Shown: positions 20,571 to 31,884, numbered from the stretch's first letter. The stretch is 64,000 bases of DNA from an uncultured virus (IMG/VR IMGVR_UViG_3300043811_000020) (IMGVR_UViG_3300043811_000020); one strand, 5' to 3'. Program-made: numbers and translations. The notes: generated by a model not told the origin, from the letters alone.

Positions 20571-20888
20571 TTAAACCTCGAAGTAGGCCGCCAGCATTCG
20601 AAGTGCGATTGGGTTCTCGTTCATATGGCCGCCTGCGATGTTGCAACCGCGGCATAGTACACCTCTATAGGCACCTGACCAGTGGTCGTGATCCAGATGC
20701 CACCCGGCCCTTGAACCCGGGTCACCGGTGCCACATGCGGCGCATTTGTTCCCTTGGAGCCATAGCAGACTTTCCTTTAACAAACGGCGTCGAGTGGCAG
20801 CGCGCCTATGTTGCGCCTGCGCGGCAGCTGCGGCGGCGTCCGGGTGCGCCCGTCGCCAGCGGCGTACTCTTTGGGTAGGGCTAAGCAT
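20571..20888 (-). CDS. Endonuclease VII-family (HNH-like) protein
   Basis: QGNKCAAC...LDHDH...RGVLCRGCN. Confidence 0.85.
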   Translation of the reverse strand: MLSPTQRVRRWRRAHPDAAAAAAQAQHRRAATRRRLLKESLLWLQGNKCAACGTGDPGSRAGWHLDHDHWSGAYRGVLCRGCNIAGGHMNENPIALRMLAAYFEV

Positions 20889-20902
20889 TAACGCACCATT
20901 AA
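20888..20902. promoter_or_regulatory. CtrA-type box TTAA-N7-TTAA
   Basis: TTAA CGCACCA TTAA between the divergent terminase and portal operons. Confidence 0.75.
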
Positions 20903-20947
20903 AGGCGGCCACTTACCGTGCGGTAACAGATTTTCGGGTCCGCGGCA

Positions 20948-23236
20948 ATGAACCAACTCGGGCAACAGGGGGTGCTGCAAGTCATCCCCCCGGCGCAGCT
21001 TGAACAGCAGCTTCAACAGCGCGCGTCTGAGCAGGCGAACGCGAACGCTGTCGACCAGAACCAGGACCCGTCGCAACTCGCGAATTACATCCGCGCGCGG
21101 TACGAGATTTTCCGCAACCACCGCAACACGGTGGCAGGGTGGAGCGAGCGCCTGATGCACTCGCTGCGCACGTTCAACGGCCAGTACGACGAGACACAAC
21201 TCCACGAAATCAGAAAGTTCGGCGGGTCCGACATTTACGTCCGGACCACGGCGCAGAAGTGCCGCGCCGCGTCCAGTCTCCTGCGCGACGTGTACCTGTC
21301 CCAGGATCGCCCGTGGGCTGTGCGACCGCCGAGTTCCCCCGACGTTCCGCCCGAGATTATCCAGTCGATCAACACGTTGATCCAGCAGGAGGGCATGCAG
21401 ATCACCCAGACGCTTGGGCGCCCTCCGAGCGCGTCGGATGAACAGCAGCGCAAGATGACGCTGATGGAGAGCGCTGAGGACGCCGTCAAGAAGAAGGTGG
21501 CCCAGCAAGCGCGCGACAGCGAGGACAAGATTGAGGACATGCTGCGCGCCGGCGGGTTCTACCACGCCCTTGCCGAGTTCATCGTCGACCTGCCGATATT
21601 TCCGTTCGCGGTGCTGAAAGGCCCCGTCGTGAAGGTCATTCCAACCGTGACGTGGCCGCCGGGTGGCGGCGAGCCGACCATCAAGATGAAGCCGACGCTG
21701 ACATGGAACCGGGTGTCGCCGTTCGATATTTGGTTCACTCCCGGTGTGGCGGACATCGAAAATGCCGAGGTTATTGAGAAACTTCGCGTCACGCGTGCTG
21801 AACTCAATGATCTCCTGGACTTGCCCGGCTACAACACTGATGAAATTTACGCCGTTCTGGATGAGTACGGCCGTGGCGGTCTCTATGATGCGTGGGATAC
21901 GACGGACGCTGAGCGCGCGGTCCTCGAAAGCCGGGAAAACCCGGCCTGGAACCGCTCCCAGATGATCACGATGTTCGAGTACAACGGCAACGTTCAGGGC
22001 CGCATCCTCCAGGATTACGGCCTCGCCGTGCCGGACGAACTGCGCGACTATAATGTGAACGTCTGGGTCGTCGGGGCGCACGTGATCAAGGCGCACTTGA
22101 ACCCGAACCCGCGGCAACGTCACCCGTATTTTGTCACCAGTTTCGAGAAGGTCCCGGGGACGCCCGTGGGCAATTCGCTGGTTGACTTGCTGAGCGACAT
22201 CCAGCAGGCGTCGAACGCCACGATGCGCGCGCTGATCAACAACATGTCCATCGCGTCGGGGCCGCAGGTGGTCATCAATGACGACCGCATGACGCCGGAC
22301 GAGGACATGAGCCTGTACCCGTGGAAGCGCTGGCACATGCGCAATGATCCCGTCGGGAACAATGCGCAGGTACCGGTCTCGTTCTTCATGCCGACCAGCA
22401 ACGCGCAGGCGCTCATGCAGGTCTACCAGGAGCTTGTCACGATTGCGGATGACGTGAGCGCCATCCCTAAATATGTCGGTGGGCAGGGTTCAAGCGGCGG
22501 CGCCGGACGGACGGCCAGCGGTTTGGCCATGCTGATGGGCAATGCCTCGAAGATTTTGCAGACCGTATCGGCCAACATCGACCGCGATGTTGTCGAGCCC
22601 GCGTTGCTGCAACTCTCCGACTTGATCCTCCTCACCGACACTACCGGCATCCTTACGGGCGAAGAGAGCATCAGCGTTCTCGGTGTGAGCGTTGCGATCC
22701 AGCGTGAGACGATCCGTCAGCGCCAGATTGAGTTCCTGCAAGCCACCATGAACCCGACCGATCAGAAGATCGTCGGCATCAAGGGCCGCGGCTCGGTGCT
22801 GCGCGCCGTGTCCCAGACTATCGGTTTGAACGGCGAGGAAGTTGTGCCCAGCGACGACGTGTTGGAGCGCATGCAGCAAGCGCAGCAACAGCAGGAGGCC
22901 CAGGGACCGGTCGCCGAGCAGGTTCAGAAGGGCGTCGCGAAGGGTGTCGAGCTTGGCATTCAGGCGGTTACGAAGGACTTGACCGCAGGCGAGATCGCTG
23001 CGCAGATAGGGATGCCCGAGGGACCGCCGGCGCACGTCGGCACGATCCCAGGAGAGGGTCAGCCACCTGCGACGAACAACCCCTCGATGGACCTTGGGTC
23101 CGGCGCGCGCGACGCGGCGATGGGGCAAGGAACGAAGCAGGGACCGCTGGCCGGCGGCGGAATGGGTCCGCAGACGCATCTGGTCGGTTCCCAGCCCGGC
23201 CCCGGTGCGAAGCCAATAAGTCCTGGCGTTGGATAA
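20948..23236 (+). CDS. Portal protein
   Basis: 762 aa; VLKGP, RVSPFDIW and GRTASGLAMLM motifs typical of podoviral portals; position. Confidence 0.88.
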   Translation: MNQLGQQGVLQVIPPAQLEQQLQQRASEQANANAVDQNQDPSQLANYIRARYEIFRNHRNTVAGWSERLMHSLRTFNGQYDETQLHEIRKFGGSDIYVRTTAQKCRAASSLLRDVYLSQDRPWAVRPPSSPDVPPEIIQSINTLIQQEGMQITQTLGRPPSASDEQQRKMTLMESAEDAVKKKVAQQARDSEDKIEDMLRAGGFYHALAEFIVDLPIFPFAVLKGPVVKVIPTVTWPPGGGEPTIKMKPTLTWNRVSPFDIWFTPGVADIENAEVIEKLRVTRAELNDLLDLPGYNTDEIYAVLDEYGRGGLYDAWDTTDAERAVLESRENPAWNRSQMITMFEYNGNVQGRILQDYGLAVPDELRDYNVNVWVVGAHVIKAHLNPNPRQRHPYFVTSFEKVPGTPVGNSLVDLLSDIQQASNATMRALINNMSIASGPQVVINDDRMTPDEDMSLYPWKRWHMRNDPVGNNAQVPVSFFMPTSNAQALMQVYQELVTIADDVSAIPKYVGGQGSSGGAGRTASGLAMLMGNASKILQTVSANIDRDVVEPALLQLSDLILLTDTTGILTGEESISVLGVSVAIQRETIRQRQIEFLQATMNPTDQKIVGIKGRGSVLRAVSQTIGLNGEEVVPSDDVLERMQQAQQQQEAQGPVAEQVQKGVAKGVELGIQAVTKDLTAGEIAAQIGMPEGPPAHVGTIPGEGQPPATNNPSMDLGSGARDAAMGQGTKQGPLAGGGMGPQTHLVGSQPGPGAKPISPGVG

Positions 23237-23239
23237 CGG

Positions 23240-24049
23240 ATGTTCCACTTCATCAGCGGTCTGCCGCGTGCGGGGACTACGCTTCTTGCGTCTATCTTAC
23301 GCCAGAACCCCGCCTGTCATGCGTCGATCATGTCCCCGGTCGGACATCTTCTTACCAGCGCGCACACAGCCATGGGGCCGGCCAATGAAGCGGATCGATA
23401 TATAACGGACGACCAACGCCGGCGTATCCTGCGTGGCATTGTTGAGAACTATTATGCGCCGGTTGACCCGTATCATTCTCGTTCGGTGATCTTTGACAAC
23501 AACCGCCGGTGGACAGCGAACGCATCGTTGCTTCACGAGCTTTTCCCGGAGAGCAAGATCATCTGTTGTCTGCGCACGCCGGCGGCGATTGTGGACAGCT
23601 TCGAGCGTCTGTTTCAGAGCCATCCGCTCGCGCTCAGTCACATCTACGGCAGCACGTCGAACTCGACCGTTTACGAGCGCGTGAGCGGCATCATGGGGGC
23701 GCAAGGCGTTCTCGGGTTTGCGCTCAATGGGCTCCGCAGCGCCTTCTTCGGGCCACACCGGGACAAACTGCTTGGCGTGCAATATGACGACCTATGCCGC
23801 TTCCCTGCCGCCGTTCTGAAGGACCTGACCGAGGCTTTGGGGTTGCCCCACCACAACTACAACTTCGCCAAGATTGAGCAAATTCCGGGTGCGACTGAGT
23901 TCGACCAGGATGTGGCGACCCCGGGGCTTCATGACCTAAAACCGGAAGTGGTATACGAACAGCGGCCTTCTGTGTTGCCGCCCGACATCTGGAACAGTTT
24001 GCCGGCTCCGTTTTGGCTGGTTAAGGAAGGGGAAACCGACGCGAAGTAG
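23240..24049 (+). CDS. PAPS-dependent sulfotransferase
   Basis: 5'-PSB loop FISGLPRAGTTLL; 3'-PB LRTPAAIVDSF; VQYDDL. Confidence 0.88.
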   Translation: MFHFISGLPRAGTTLLASILRQNPACHASIMSPVGHLLTSAHTAMGPANEADRYITDDQRRRILRGIVENYYAPVDPYHSRSVIFDNNRRWTANASLLHELFPESKIICCLRTPAAIVDSFERLFQSHPLALSHIYGSTSNSTVYERVSGIMGAQGVLGFALNGLRSAFFGPHRDKLLGVQYDDLCRFPAAVLKDLTEALGLPHHNYNFAKIEQIPGATEFDQDVATPGLHDLKPEVVYEQRPSVLPPDIWNSLPAPFWLVKEGETDAK

Positions 24050-24079
24050 CGTTGGCACAATCCTTCGAAGGGCTACGCC

Positions 24080-24658
24080 ATGGGTATCCTCTCGTCCAGC
24101 AACTACGACCGGAATGTGCGCGGCGTTGTGCTGCGGGCGTGCGTTGAGGCGCTCGCCGGCGCGACCGGCGGCCTCCCCACTGGGCCGACTGGCCCCACCG
24201 GCTCTGCGACTGGTGCCACCGGCCCTGCCGGCCCCGGTGTCACAGGTCCGACCGGTCCCGTTGGACAAAACACCGGCCCCCAAGGATCGATTGGTTTCCA
24301 GGGTCCGACCGGCGCCACAGGCCCGACCGGCCCGACCGGCCCCACTTCTCTCGCCGGCCCAGCTGGGCCGCTGGGTCCGACTGGTCCGCTTTTCGGCGTG
24401 ACCGGCCCCACCGGACCGACAGGGTCCTCGACTGGCATCACCGGTCCCACTGGCAAGACTGGCCCGACCGGGTTCACCGGCTTTACGGGTGCCACAGGTC
24501 TCACTGGCGGCCCCGGGCCTTACGGGCAGACCGGCCCGACTGGCCCGACCGGGCGCGTCATCACGGTCTTCATTCCGCCCACGTCCAGCCCGGGCGTGAC
24601 TGGACAGGTGTGGAACAAGAACGGTATCCTCACCGTCTCGCAAGGCCCCGGAACGTAA
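24080..24658 (+). CDS. Collagen-like (Gly-Pro-Thr) protein 1
   Basis: G-X-T repeats; C-terminal [13 protein letters not shown]. Confidence 0.88.
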   Translation: MGILSSSNYDRNVRGVVLRACVEALAGATGGLPTGPTGPTGSATGATGPAGPGVTGPTGPVGQNTGPQGSIGFQGPTGATGPTGPTGPTSLAGPAGPLGPTGPLFGVTGPTGPTGSSTGITGPTGKTGPTGFTGFTGATGLTGGPGPYGQTGPTGPTGRVITVFIPPTSSPGVTGQVWNKNGILTVSQGPGT

Positions 24659-25252
<594 letters not shown>

Positions 25253-25255
25253 GCC

Positions 25256-25864
<609 letters not shown>

Positions 25865-25896
25865 TGCGTTGACTTCTTCGTGCGCGTGCTCTACCT

Positions 25897-25928
25897 GGGG
25901 ACCGATGCAATTCGGTCCCCTTTTTCTT
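25897..25928 (+). terminator. Rho-independent terminator
   Basis: GGGGACCGA-TGCAAT-TCGGTCCCC followed by TTTTTCTT. Confidence 0.8.
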
Positions 25929-25941
25929 GTGGAGCCCCACC

Positions 25942-27984
25942 ATGAGACTGTGTTGGAACGCCATCGTGAAAAACGAGGGCGAACGTATTCTCCGTGCCGC
26001 CGCAAGCGTGGCTCCGTACATTACCAGCTGGGTGATTGTTGACACTGGTAGCACCGACGACACCAAACAGAAGGTGCAGGATTTCTTCCAGGAGAAGGGT
26101 ATTCCCGGCGAGTTTCACGACGAGCCGTTTGAGGATTGGTCCCAGGCGCGCAACGCTGCCCTGTCGTGGGCGCGGCGGCAGCGCTACGCTTACCCCTGGG
26201 ACTATTTGCTCCTGATGGACGCCGACATGGAGCTTGTGATCAAAGACGATGCCCAGTTCCAACGGATGATGTGTCCGCCGGCGATGGACATGTATCAGGT
26301 CGCGGGTCCTACCCACTACCAGAACCGCCGCCTTATATCCTCAGGCGCAACGGGCCTGTACCGCGGTGTGACCCACGAGTACCTGGACGTGCCGAGCGCC
26401 GGTCTTATCGGTGAGGACGTTGCATACTTTGTAGACCACACCGACGGCGCCAATCGTCCGGAGAAGTTTAAGCGCGACATCCGGTTGCTCAAGGCCGGGC
26501 TCAAGCAGGAGCCCAACAACGAACGCTACTTCTACTATCTTGCCGGGTCCTATCGAGACGCTGGCGACCACCGGAACGCGGCGAAATGGTTCAAGCGCCG
26601 GGTGGACGCCGGCGGATGGGACGAGGAGCGATGGAGCGCGCAGGTGAACTACGCACACGCCCTGCACGCGCTCGGCGACGAAGGTGCCTTCGTTCGTGAA
26701 TTGCTGGTTGCGTACAGCATGCGCCCGTCGCGCGCGGAGCCCATGTACGATCTCGCGCACCACTATCGGAACAAGGACAACATGCAGCCTGCGGCTCTGG
26801 CGTTTGCTGAGGCTGTAGAGCACCTACCGCCGTCGAAGGACGCGCTGTTCGTCAATGATTTCGTATACCGCGCGGGGATCAAGGAGGAGATTTCGATCTG
26901 TTCGTTCTATGTCCCCGAAAAACGCGAAAAAGGTTTCAAGGTTACGGACCATCTCTCGTTACAGCCGGGACCGTATTGGTGGTCGCGTGAACTCGCGCGC
27001 AGCAACATCTACCACTACGTGTCGCCGCTCCTGAAGTTCTGCCCATCCTTCCAGTGGAAGGACATCGGCTTCAACCTGACCGAGCCGGGTTGGACGCCGA
27101 TGAACCCGAGCATCACGGCGCCGTTGAACGCGAACATGATCTGCAATGTGCGGTTCGTGAACTACCGGATAGACGACCGCGGTGCTTATTTGATCCGCGG
27201 GACCGATGGCACGGTCAACCGTGAGAACCCGATCCGCACGCGGAACTTCCTCGTGAAGATTAAGGGCGACCTGTCGGTCGACCTATCGGTCTCCCCGCCG
27301 GCGGTCGAGTTGTTACCGCCCGGTAATTTGCCGTGTGAGTTCCCGCTCGTGGTGGGGTTCGAGGACGTGCGGTTGTTCCCGCACGAGGACGAGCTTTGGT
27401 CTTCTGCGACGGTGCGGCAGATACATCCGGACGGTAACTGCGAGCAAGTGTTGTCTCGATTGCAGCTTTGTATCACGCCCGAGCGTCACTACCGGCACAT
27501 GGACGTGAAGCGCATGCTGCGCGAGCCGCGCGAGACCGAGAAGAACTGGGCGCCGATCTGCGGCTTGCCCACCAAGAACTGGATGTGGCGCCCTGGCACC
27601 GTTGTGAACGAGACCGGTGAGTTCGTGTACAAGCACGACACCGGCCTCGCGACCGGGCACATCAGCGGCGGATCGCAGCTGATCCCCTTCAGGAAGGGGT
27701 GGCTCAGCGTGGTGCACGAAGCTCGTCCCCTGCCGGGTGAGAGCTACAAGCGGTACTACTACCACCGGTTCGCGCTCTATGATCAGGATTTCAAGCTCGC
27801 GAAGTTGTCGCCGCCGTTCGTGTTCCACGACCGCACTATCGAGTTCTGTGCCGGCATGTGTTGGAACCCAAATGTTGACTATCGCACCGAGTTGGTGCTT
27901 TCGTACGGCGTGAAGGACGAGTGCGCGCGCGTGGCGCGGATTAAGGACGACGAAGTGGAGAGGTTCCTGTGGCTGCATTTGTGA
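25942..27984 (+). CDS. GT2 glycosyltransferase + TPR + C-terminal glycosidase-like beta-propeller
   Basis: IVKNE, VDTGSTD, ARNAAL, DAD, THE (GT2); YYLAGSY TPR; EDVRL, EKNW and IEFCAG (GH130/GH43-like propeller). Confidence 0.88.
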   Translation: MRLCWNAIVKNEGERILRAAASVAPYITSWVIVDTGSTDDTKQKVQDFFQEKGIPGEFHDEPFEDWSQARNAALSWARRQRYAYPWDYLLLMDADMELVIKDDAQFQRMMCPPAMDMYQVAGPTHYQNRRLISSGATGLYRGVTHEYLDVPSAGLIGEDVAYFVDHTDGANRPEKFKRDIRLLKAGLKQEPNNERYFYYLAGSYRDAGDHRNAAKWFKRRVDAGGWDEERWSAQVNYAHALHALGDEGAFVRELLVAYSMRPSRAEPMYDLAHHYRNKDNMQPAALAFAEAVEHLPPSKDALFVNDFVYRAGIKEEISICSFYVPEKREKGFKVTDHLSLQPGPYWWSRELARSNIYHYVSPLLKFCPSFQWKDIGFNLTEPGWTPMNPSITAPLNANMICNVRFVNYRIDDRGAYLIRGTDGTVNRENPIRTRNFLVKIKGDLSVDLSVSPPAVELLPPGNLPCEFPLVVGFEDVRLFPHEDELWSSATVRQIHPDGNCEQVLSRLQLCITPERHYRHMDVKRMLREPRETEKNWAPICGLPTKNWMWRPGTVVNETGEFVYKHDTGLATGHISGGSQLIPFRKGWLSVVHEARPLPGESYKRYYYHRFALYDQDFKLAKLSPPFVFHDRTIEFCAGMCWNPNVDYRTELVLSYGVKDECARVARIKDDEVERFLWLHL

Positions 27985-28730
27985 AGAAGCTCGTCACCGG
28001 CTACGTTCCGATCTGCGGCCACCCGCGCACCTCGAAAGAATATGGGGAGCTTGGTGAGAACCTGTTCAGCAAGCTGGACTGTGCTGGCGGCGACTTTACG
28101 ATCCACCCGTTCTATGAGCGCGTTGAGGACACGTGGCTATGGAAGATGCTCAACGACCCCAAAAACCCGATGGGCGAAGTGTCTCACTCGGTGGCGGACA
28201 ACCCGGCGAAGAACTCCCTCGCGTATCACTGTGTTCAGCACCAGAAGTTCGGCTGGCTGCTGAAGGCGCACATGACCGGGAAGCCGGCGGACACGTATGT
28301 CTGGATGGACTACGGAATAGGCCATGTTCCTGGTGTTACCCCGGCTGTCGTCAACGAGTTCATGGCTTCTGTGAAGCCCGACGACTTTGCAATACCGGGT
28401 TGTTGGGATGACCGCGGCCTAGTGATCAACGACTATTTCCCGTGCTGGCGCTTCTGCGGCGGTCTGATGGTGGTGCCCGCGTCGTGGGTCGGCGCGCTCT
28501 ACCTGACGATGAAGAAGGTGGTGCGCAAGCACGTCGAGAAGACCCGCAACGTCACCTGGGAGGTAAACTCCGTTGCCTCTGCCGAACAATATTTCCGTCC
28601 GCACCTGCGCTGGTACTACGCGGATCACGATCAAACCATGTTCACCAACTATGGAGCTACCAATGTCTGTGTCCCCGGAAAAGCTGACGCTTACGCCCCT
28701 GTGCAACCTCGCGAGGAAGCATCAGACTGA
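27981..28730 (+). CDS. Putative glycosyltransferase (HtrL/WlaTC-like) A
   Basis: YVWMDYG and WRFCGG motifs; GTG start overlapping the upstream stop. Confidence 0.65.
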   Translation: MKKLVTGYVPICGHPRTSKEYGELGENLFSKLDCAGGDFTIHPFYERVEDTWLWKMLNDPKNPMGEVSHSVADNPAKNSLAYHCVQHQKFGWLLKAHMTGKPADTYVWMDYGIGHVPGVTPAVVNEFMASVKPDDFAIPGCWDDRGLVINDYFPCWRFCGGLMVVPASWVGALYLTMKKVVRKHVEKTRNVTWEVNSVASAEQYFRPHLRWYYADHDQTMFTNYGATNVCVPGKADAYAPVQPREEASD

Positions 28731-29310
28731 CAAAGGCGGCTGGCACTTGAAGTACGGCGGCGCTGACAGCGACACGTGTCACAACTACACGCCATTCTAC
28801 CACCAGCTGCTCGGCGACAAGCGCGAGAATATCCAGCGTGTGCTGGAGATCGGCATCAATGCTGGTAGCAGCCTCCGCATGTGGGAGGAGTATTTCCCGC
28901 GCGCGAGCATCTACGGGATCGACATCCGGCCCGAGACCTTGATTAATGAGGGCCGCATTCACTCGTTCCTCGCCGATGCCGGCAACGGCGCGAGCATCGA
29001 GAATGCGCTATGGCAAATGGGCAACCCGAAGTTCGACCTGATCGTGGACGACGGCTCGCACGAGCTTCATCATCAGGTGTTCTCGTGCAATGCGCTCATG
29101 CCCAGCCTGCGCGAGGACGGCCTCTACATCATCGAGGACATGTGCCTCGACTGCCAGCCAGAGGTTGTCGGCAACAAGCTCGACCTGGACCATTACAAGT
29201 GGGAGGCCGTCGACTGCGGCCACGGCATCGGGAAGGCGCACTGCGACTGGCAGTGCCCCAAATGCCACGGTCACGAAGGCGAGCGGCTGCTTGTGGTGCG
29301 TCACCGATAG
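28663..29310 (+). CDS. Class I SAM-dependent methyltransferase (sugar O-methyltransferase-like)
   Basis: TDK..H.Y, VLEIGI, GIDI, DLIVDDGSH, YIIED. Confidence 0.88.
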   Translation: MSVSPEKLTLTPLCNLARKHQTDKGGWHLKYGGADSDTCHNYTPFYHQLLGDKRENIQRVLEIGINAGSSLRMWEEYFPRASIYGIDIRPETLINEGRIHSFLADAGNGASIENALWQMGNPKFDLIVDDGSHELHHQVFSCNALMPSLREDGLYIIEDMCLDCQPEVVGNKLDLDHYKWEAVDCGHGIGKAHCDWQCPKCHGHEGERLLVVRHR

Positions 29311-29387
29311 GAGACCAGCGTGTGGACTGCGATTATCGTGATCGGGGTGCTATTCTGGCTGCTCGTTATGCTTGAGCTTGGGAGGCC

Positions 29388-30086
29388 GTGATGTGGTTTC
29401 TTCAGGACCGCTATGAGGTTACGCGCGCGGTAAACAACGAGTTTTACGCGCGTAGCCCCTTCAATTACGTCGTCATGGACGGGTTCTTCAAGTGGAGCGT
29501 GGCTGACGAACTGTATAGCGAGTTCATGGCGTTCGAAGACCCTCGGTGGTTGTCGTACACGAGCGACGTGCAGATCAAGAAGGCGTGCAACAACTGGAAC
29601 GCCTTTCCGCCGACCACGTACCGTGTTTTCCAGGACCTTATGAGCAAGGAGTTCATCAACCTTATCGACTACTCTCTCCTGCCGGATTACGGGCTACATG
29701 GCGGAGGGTGGCATGCGCACCGTAACGGCGGTAGGCTTGGGCCGCACTTGGACTACAGCATCCACCCCAAGCTGGGGAAGGAGCGCAAGCTTAACCTGCT
29801 TGTGTATCTGACGCCGGGCATGCGCCCGGAGTACGGCGGCCACCTCGGGCTCTACTACGGAAACGCGACGGCGCCGGGTGAGGTGGCTGCTGAAATCGAG
29901 CCGAAGTTCAACCGCGCTGTGCTGTTCGACACAACTCAGAACTCGTGGCACGGTATGAGCCGCGAACTCGCGATGCCGGACTGCACCTGGGTCCGGCGCA
30001 GCTTGGCGACGTACTACCTGTCCGAGCCCGGCGCGAGTGCGGTACAAGAGCGGCAGCACGCGCATTTTCATGGAGACGGCATATGA
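29388..30086 (+). CDS. 2OG-Fe(II) oxygenase (prolyl-hydroxylase-like fold)
   Basis: HxD (HLD), GGHL, PKFNRAVLF, WHG, RRSL. Confidence 0.88.
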   Translation: MMWFLQDRYEVTRAVNNEFYARSPFNYVVMDGFFKWSVADELYSEFMAFEDPRWLSYTSDVQIKKACNNWNAFPPTTYRVFQDLMSKEFINLIDYSLLPDYGLHGGGWHAHRNGGRLGPHLDYSIHPKLGKERKLNLLVYLTPGMRPEYGGHLGLYYGNATAPGEVAAEIEPKFNRAVLFDTTQNSWHGMSRELAMPDCTWVRRSLATYYLSEPGASAVQERQHAHFHGDGI

Positions 30087-30781
30087 GCGGCGTTCGAGTG
30101 TTCAACGGGTTCGTGCCCGACGCGTTTCCGGCCAAGCACCAGAGTGCGGCGCAGATGAACGAGTGGCGCGACCGGCTTCGTGACGCGGTGCCCGATTTGA
30201 CCACTTACGTTACGCCGCTCGATCAGTGTTGGCTTTGGGAGATGCTGCGGGACATTCCCAACGTGTTTTCGGCTGACCACCCGAACGAGCCGGCAGACCG
30301 GTATCCGACCCCGCGTGACGCTGTGATCTCGCAGTGCGTGCTGCACCAGCGCTTCCGTTGGTTGATGGAGGCCGCGATGGATCAGCCCAGCGTCAACACG
30401 TGGGTATGGCTGGAGCCCACCATCTTCAAGCAGCGCGGCATTACTGGCGACGTGATCCGGCAGTTCCTTCAGGATGTGGAGACCTATCCGGTCGACGCTA
30501 TCTCCCTGCCGGGCGTCTGGGACAAGGTTCCGGTCCGAGACCATATCAACCATTGGCGTTTCTGTGGGTCGGCGTGGGTCTGTCCGCGGAAGTACGTTGG
30601 TCCGGTATGGCAGGCGGTGGCGACGTTGGTTCCGATGCGCACACGCCTGACGCACCGCATCTGCTGGGACAACAGCACGTGGTCTTACCTCGAACTGCTG
30701 AATATTCTTCCGATGCGCTGGTACCCAGGCAACCACGACGAAACCCAGCTGACCGGCTATTTGACCGGGATCACACGTTAA
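30083..30781 (+). CDS. Putative glycosyltransferase (HtrL/WlaTC-like) B, paralog of 27981..28730
   Basis: CVLHQRF.WL, WVWLE, PGVWD, WRFCG, RWY..HD.T shared with paralog A. Confidence 0.65.
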   Translation: MSGVRVFNGFVPDAFPAKHQSAAQMNEWRDRLRDAVPDLTTYVTPLDQCWLWEMLRDIPNVFSADHPNEPADRYPTPRDAVISQCVLHQRFRWLMEAAMDQPSVNTWVWLEPTIFKQRGITGDVIRQFLQDVETYPVDAISLPGVWDKVPVRDHINHWRFCGSAWVCPRKYVGPVWQAVATLVPMRTRLTHRICWDNSTWSYLELLNILPMRWYPGNHDETQLTGYLTGITR

Positions 30782-30792
30782 GCAAGCGTTTA
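30778..30792. promoter_or_regulatory. Near-consensus CtrA box
   Basis: TTAA GCAAGCG TTTA (1 mismatch) upstream of the head-gene block. Confidence 0.5.
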
Positions 30793-30844
30793 CGGCGCCC
30801 GCCTAGGCTCCCGTAGGTGATCATATCCCTACGGGAGAATTTCG

Positions 30845-31180
30845 ATGGCCAAGTCCCAGTCCAAGGGCGGCTCGAACGTCAGTTCGGGCAGCGGTTCCAA
30901 GTCCGGTGCGAAGGACAGCGGCAGCGTCGGTGACATGAACACCGCTGCCAAGGTGACCCACAACGAGACCTCGCACGACGTGGAGTTTGCCAAGGGTGGC
31001 AAGACCCACATGTTCGGCGAGCAGGTTGCGGGTTCGCGGACCGCTTCCGACAAGTCCCCCTCCACCGGCAAACCGGATAGCTCCGGGCCGGGTGAGGAGT
31101 TCGCCAAGGGCGGCTCCACCAAGATGTTCGGCTTCCAGGGCTCCGTCCCGGCGCAGGCGGGCATTACCAGCGCTCGCTAA
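30845..31180 (+). CDS. Small low-complexity virion protein (FAKGG x2)
   Basis: GGGAG RBS; G/S/K-rich. Confidence 0.75.
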   Translation: MAKSQSKGGSNVSSGSGSKSGAKDSGSVGDMNTAAKVTHNETSHDVEFAKGGKTHMFGEQVAGSRTASDKSPSTGKPDSSGPGEEFAKGGSTKMFGFQGSVPAQAGITSAR

Positions 31181-31191
31181 GGGAGGCTCCC

Positions 31192-31422
31192 ATGGCGCGC
31201 GGTATGACTTCAGTGAAGGGTCCGACCAAGGTGCCGGACCCGAGTTCCGGGATGCGATCTGACTTTGTGCTCGGGTCGCGCCCCGGTGTGCTGCGTGCAC
31301 CGCCGATCAACCGCCCCACGATCAAGCCCCAGGGTGCCGGCACCCGCGACTACGGCAAGAGCCAGCCAGCGCCGTTCAGCACTCTCGGCCAAGGCAACAC
31401 CGGCCAAGGAGGGCTTTCCTGA
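31192..31422 (+). CDS. Small hypothetical protein
   Basis: GGGAGG RBS. Confidence 0.65.
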   Translation: MARGMTSVKGPTKVPDPSSGMRSDFVLGSRPGVLRAPPINRPTIKPQGAGTRDYGKSQPAPFSTLGQGNTGQGGLS

Positions 31423-31667
31423 TGTTCACCAAGCACATGAAGCCCCTCAGCAAGGGCGGCCAGACTATCAACCACAAGGGCAAGGGGTCCTCGATGGCCT
31501 CAATGCCGAACCGCAGCGCGATTTCCCAGATGGCGAACGCCCCCGGCGCCGCCATGAACAATTACGCCAAGGCAACCCCCATGCCTCAGCCGTCGCCTGC
31601 TTCTGCGCCAGGAATTGGTTCCGGGAACTTCACAGGTGGGAGTTCGGGTGGAGGCTATGGCGGTTGA
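31422..31667 (+). CDS. Small hypothetical protein
   Basis: AGGAGG RBS, TGATG coupling. Confidence 0.65.
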   Translation: MFTKHMKPLSKGGQTINHKGKGSSMASMPNRSAISQMANAPGAAMNNYAKATPMPQPSPASAPGIGSGNFTGGSSGGGYGG

Positions 31668-31884
31668 TCACCGGAAGCTCTCGGCGTGCGCCGAGCGCAT
31701 GAAGAACCAAGACCCCACCCTATACGAGCAGTTTCTGCGCCTTCTCGACGCGTACACGACGGAACTTACCGTGGCGGTAACAGAGGCCCCTGCGGACCAA
31801 ATTCTGACGTGCCAGGGGCGGGCGCAGCAAGCCCGCAAGTTCTTTCAGCTGATGTCACAGTTCCCCGCCCAGCCCTCGCCGTAG
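31657..31884 (+). CDS. Small helical protein upstream of scaffold
   Basis: GGAGG RBS; QGRAQ motif common at this position in podoviral head modules. Confidence 0.7.
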   Translation: MAVDHRKLSACAERMKNQDPTLYEQFLRLLDAYTTELTVAVTEAPADQILTCQGRAQQARKFFQLMSQFPAQPSP

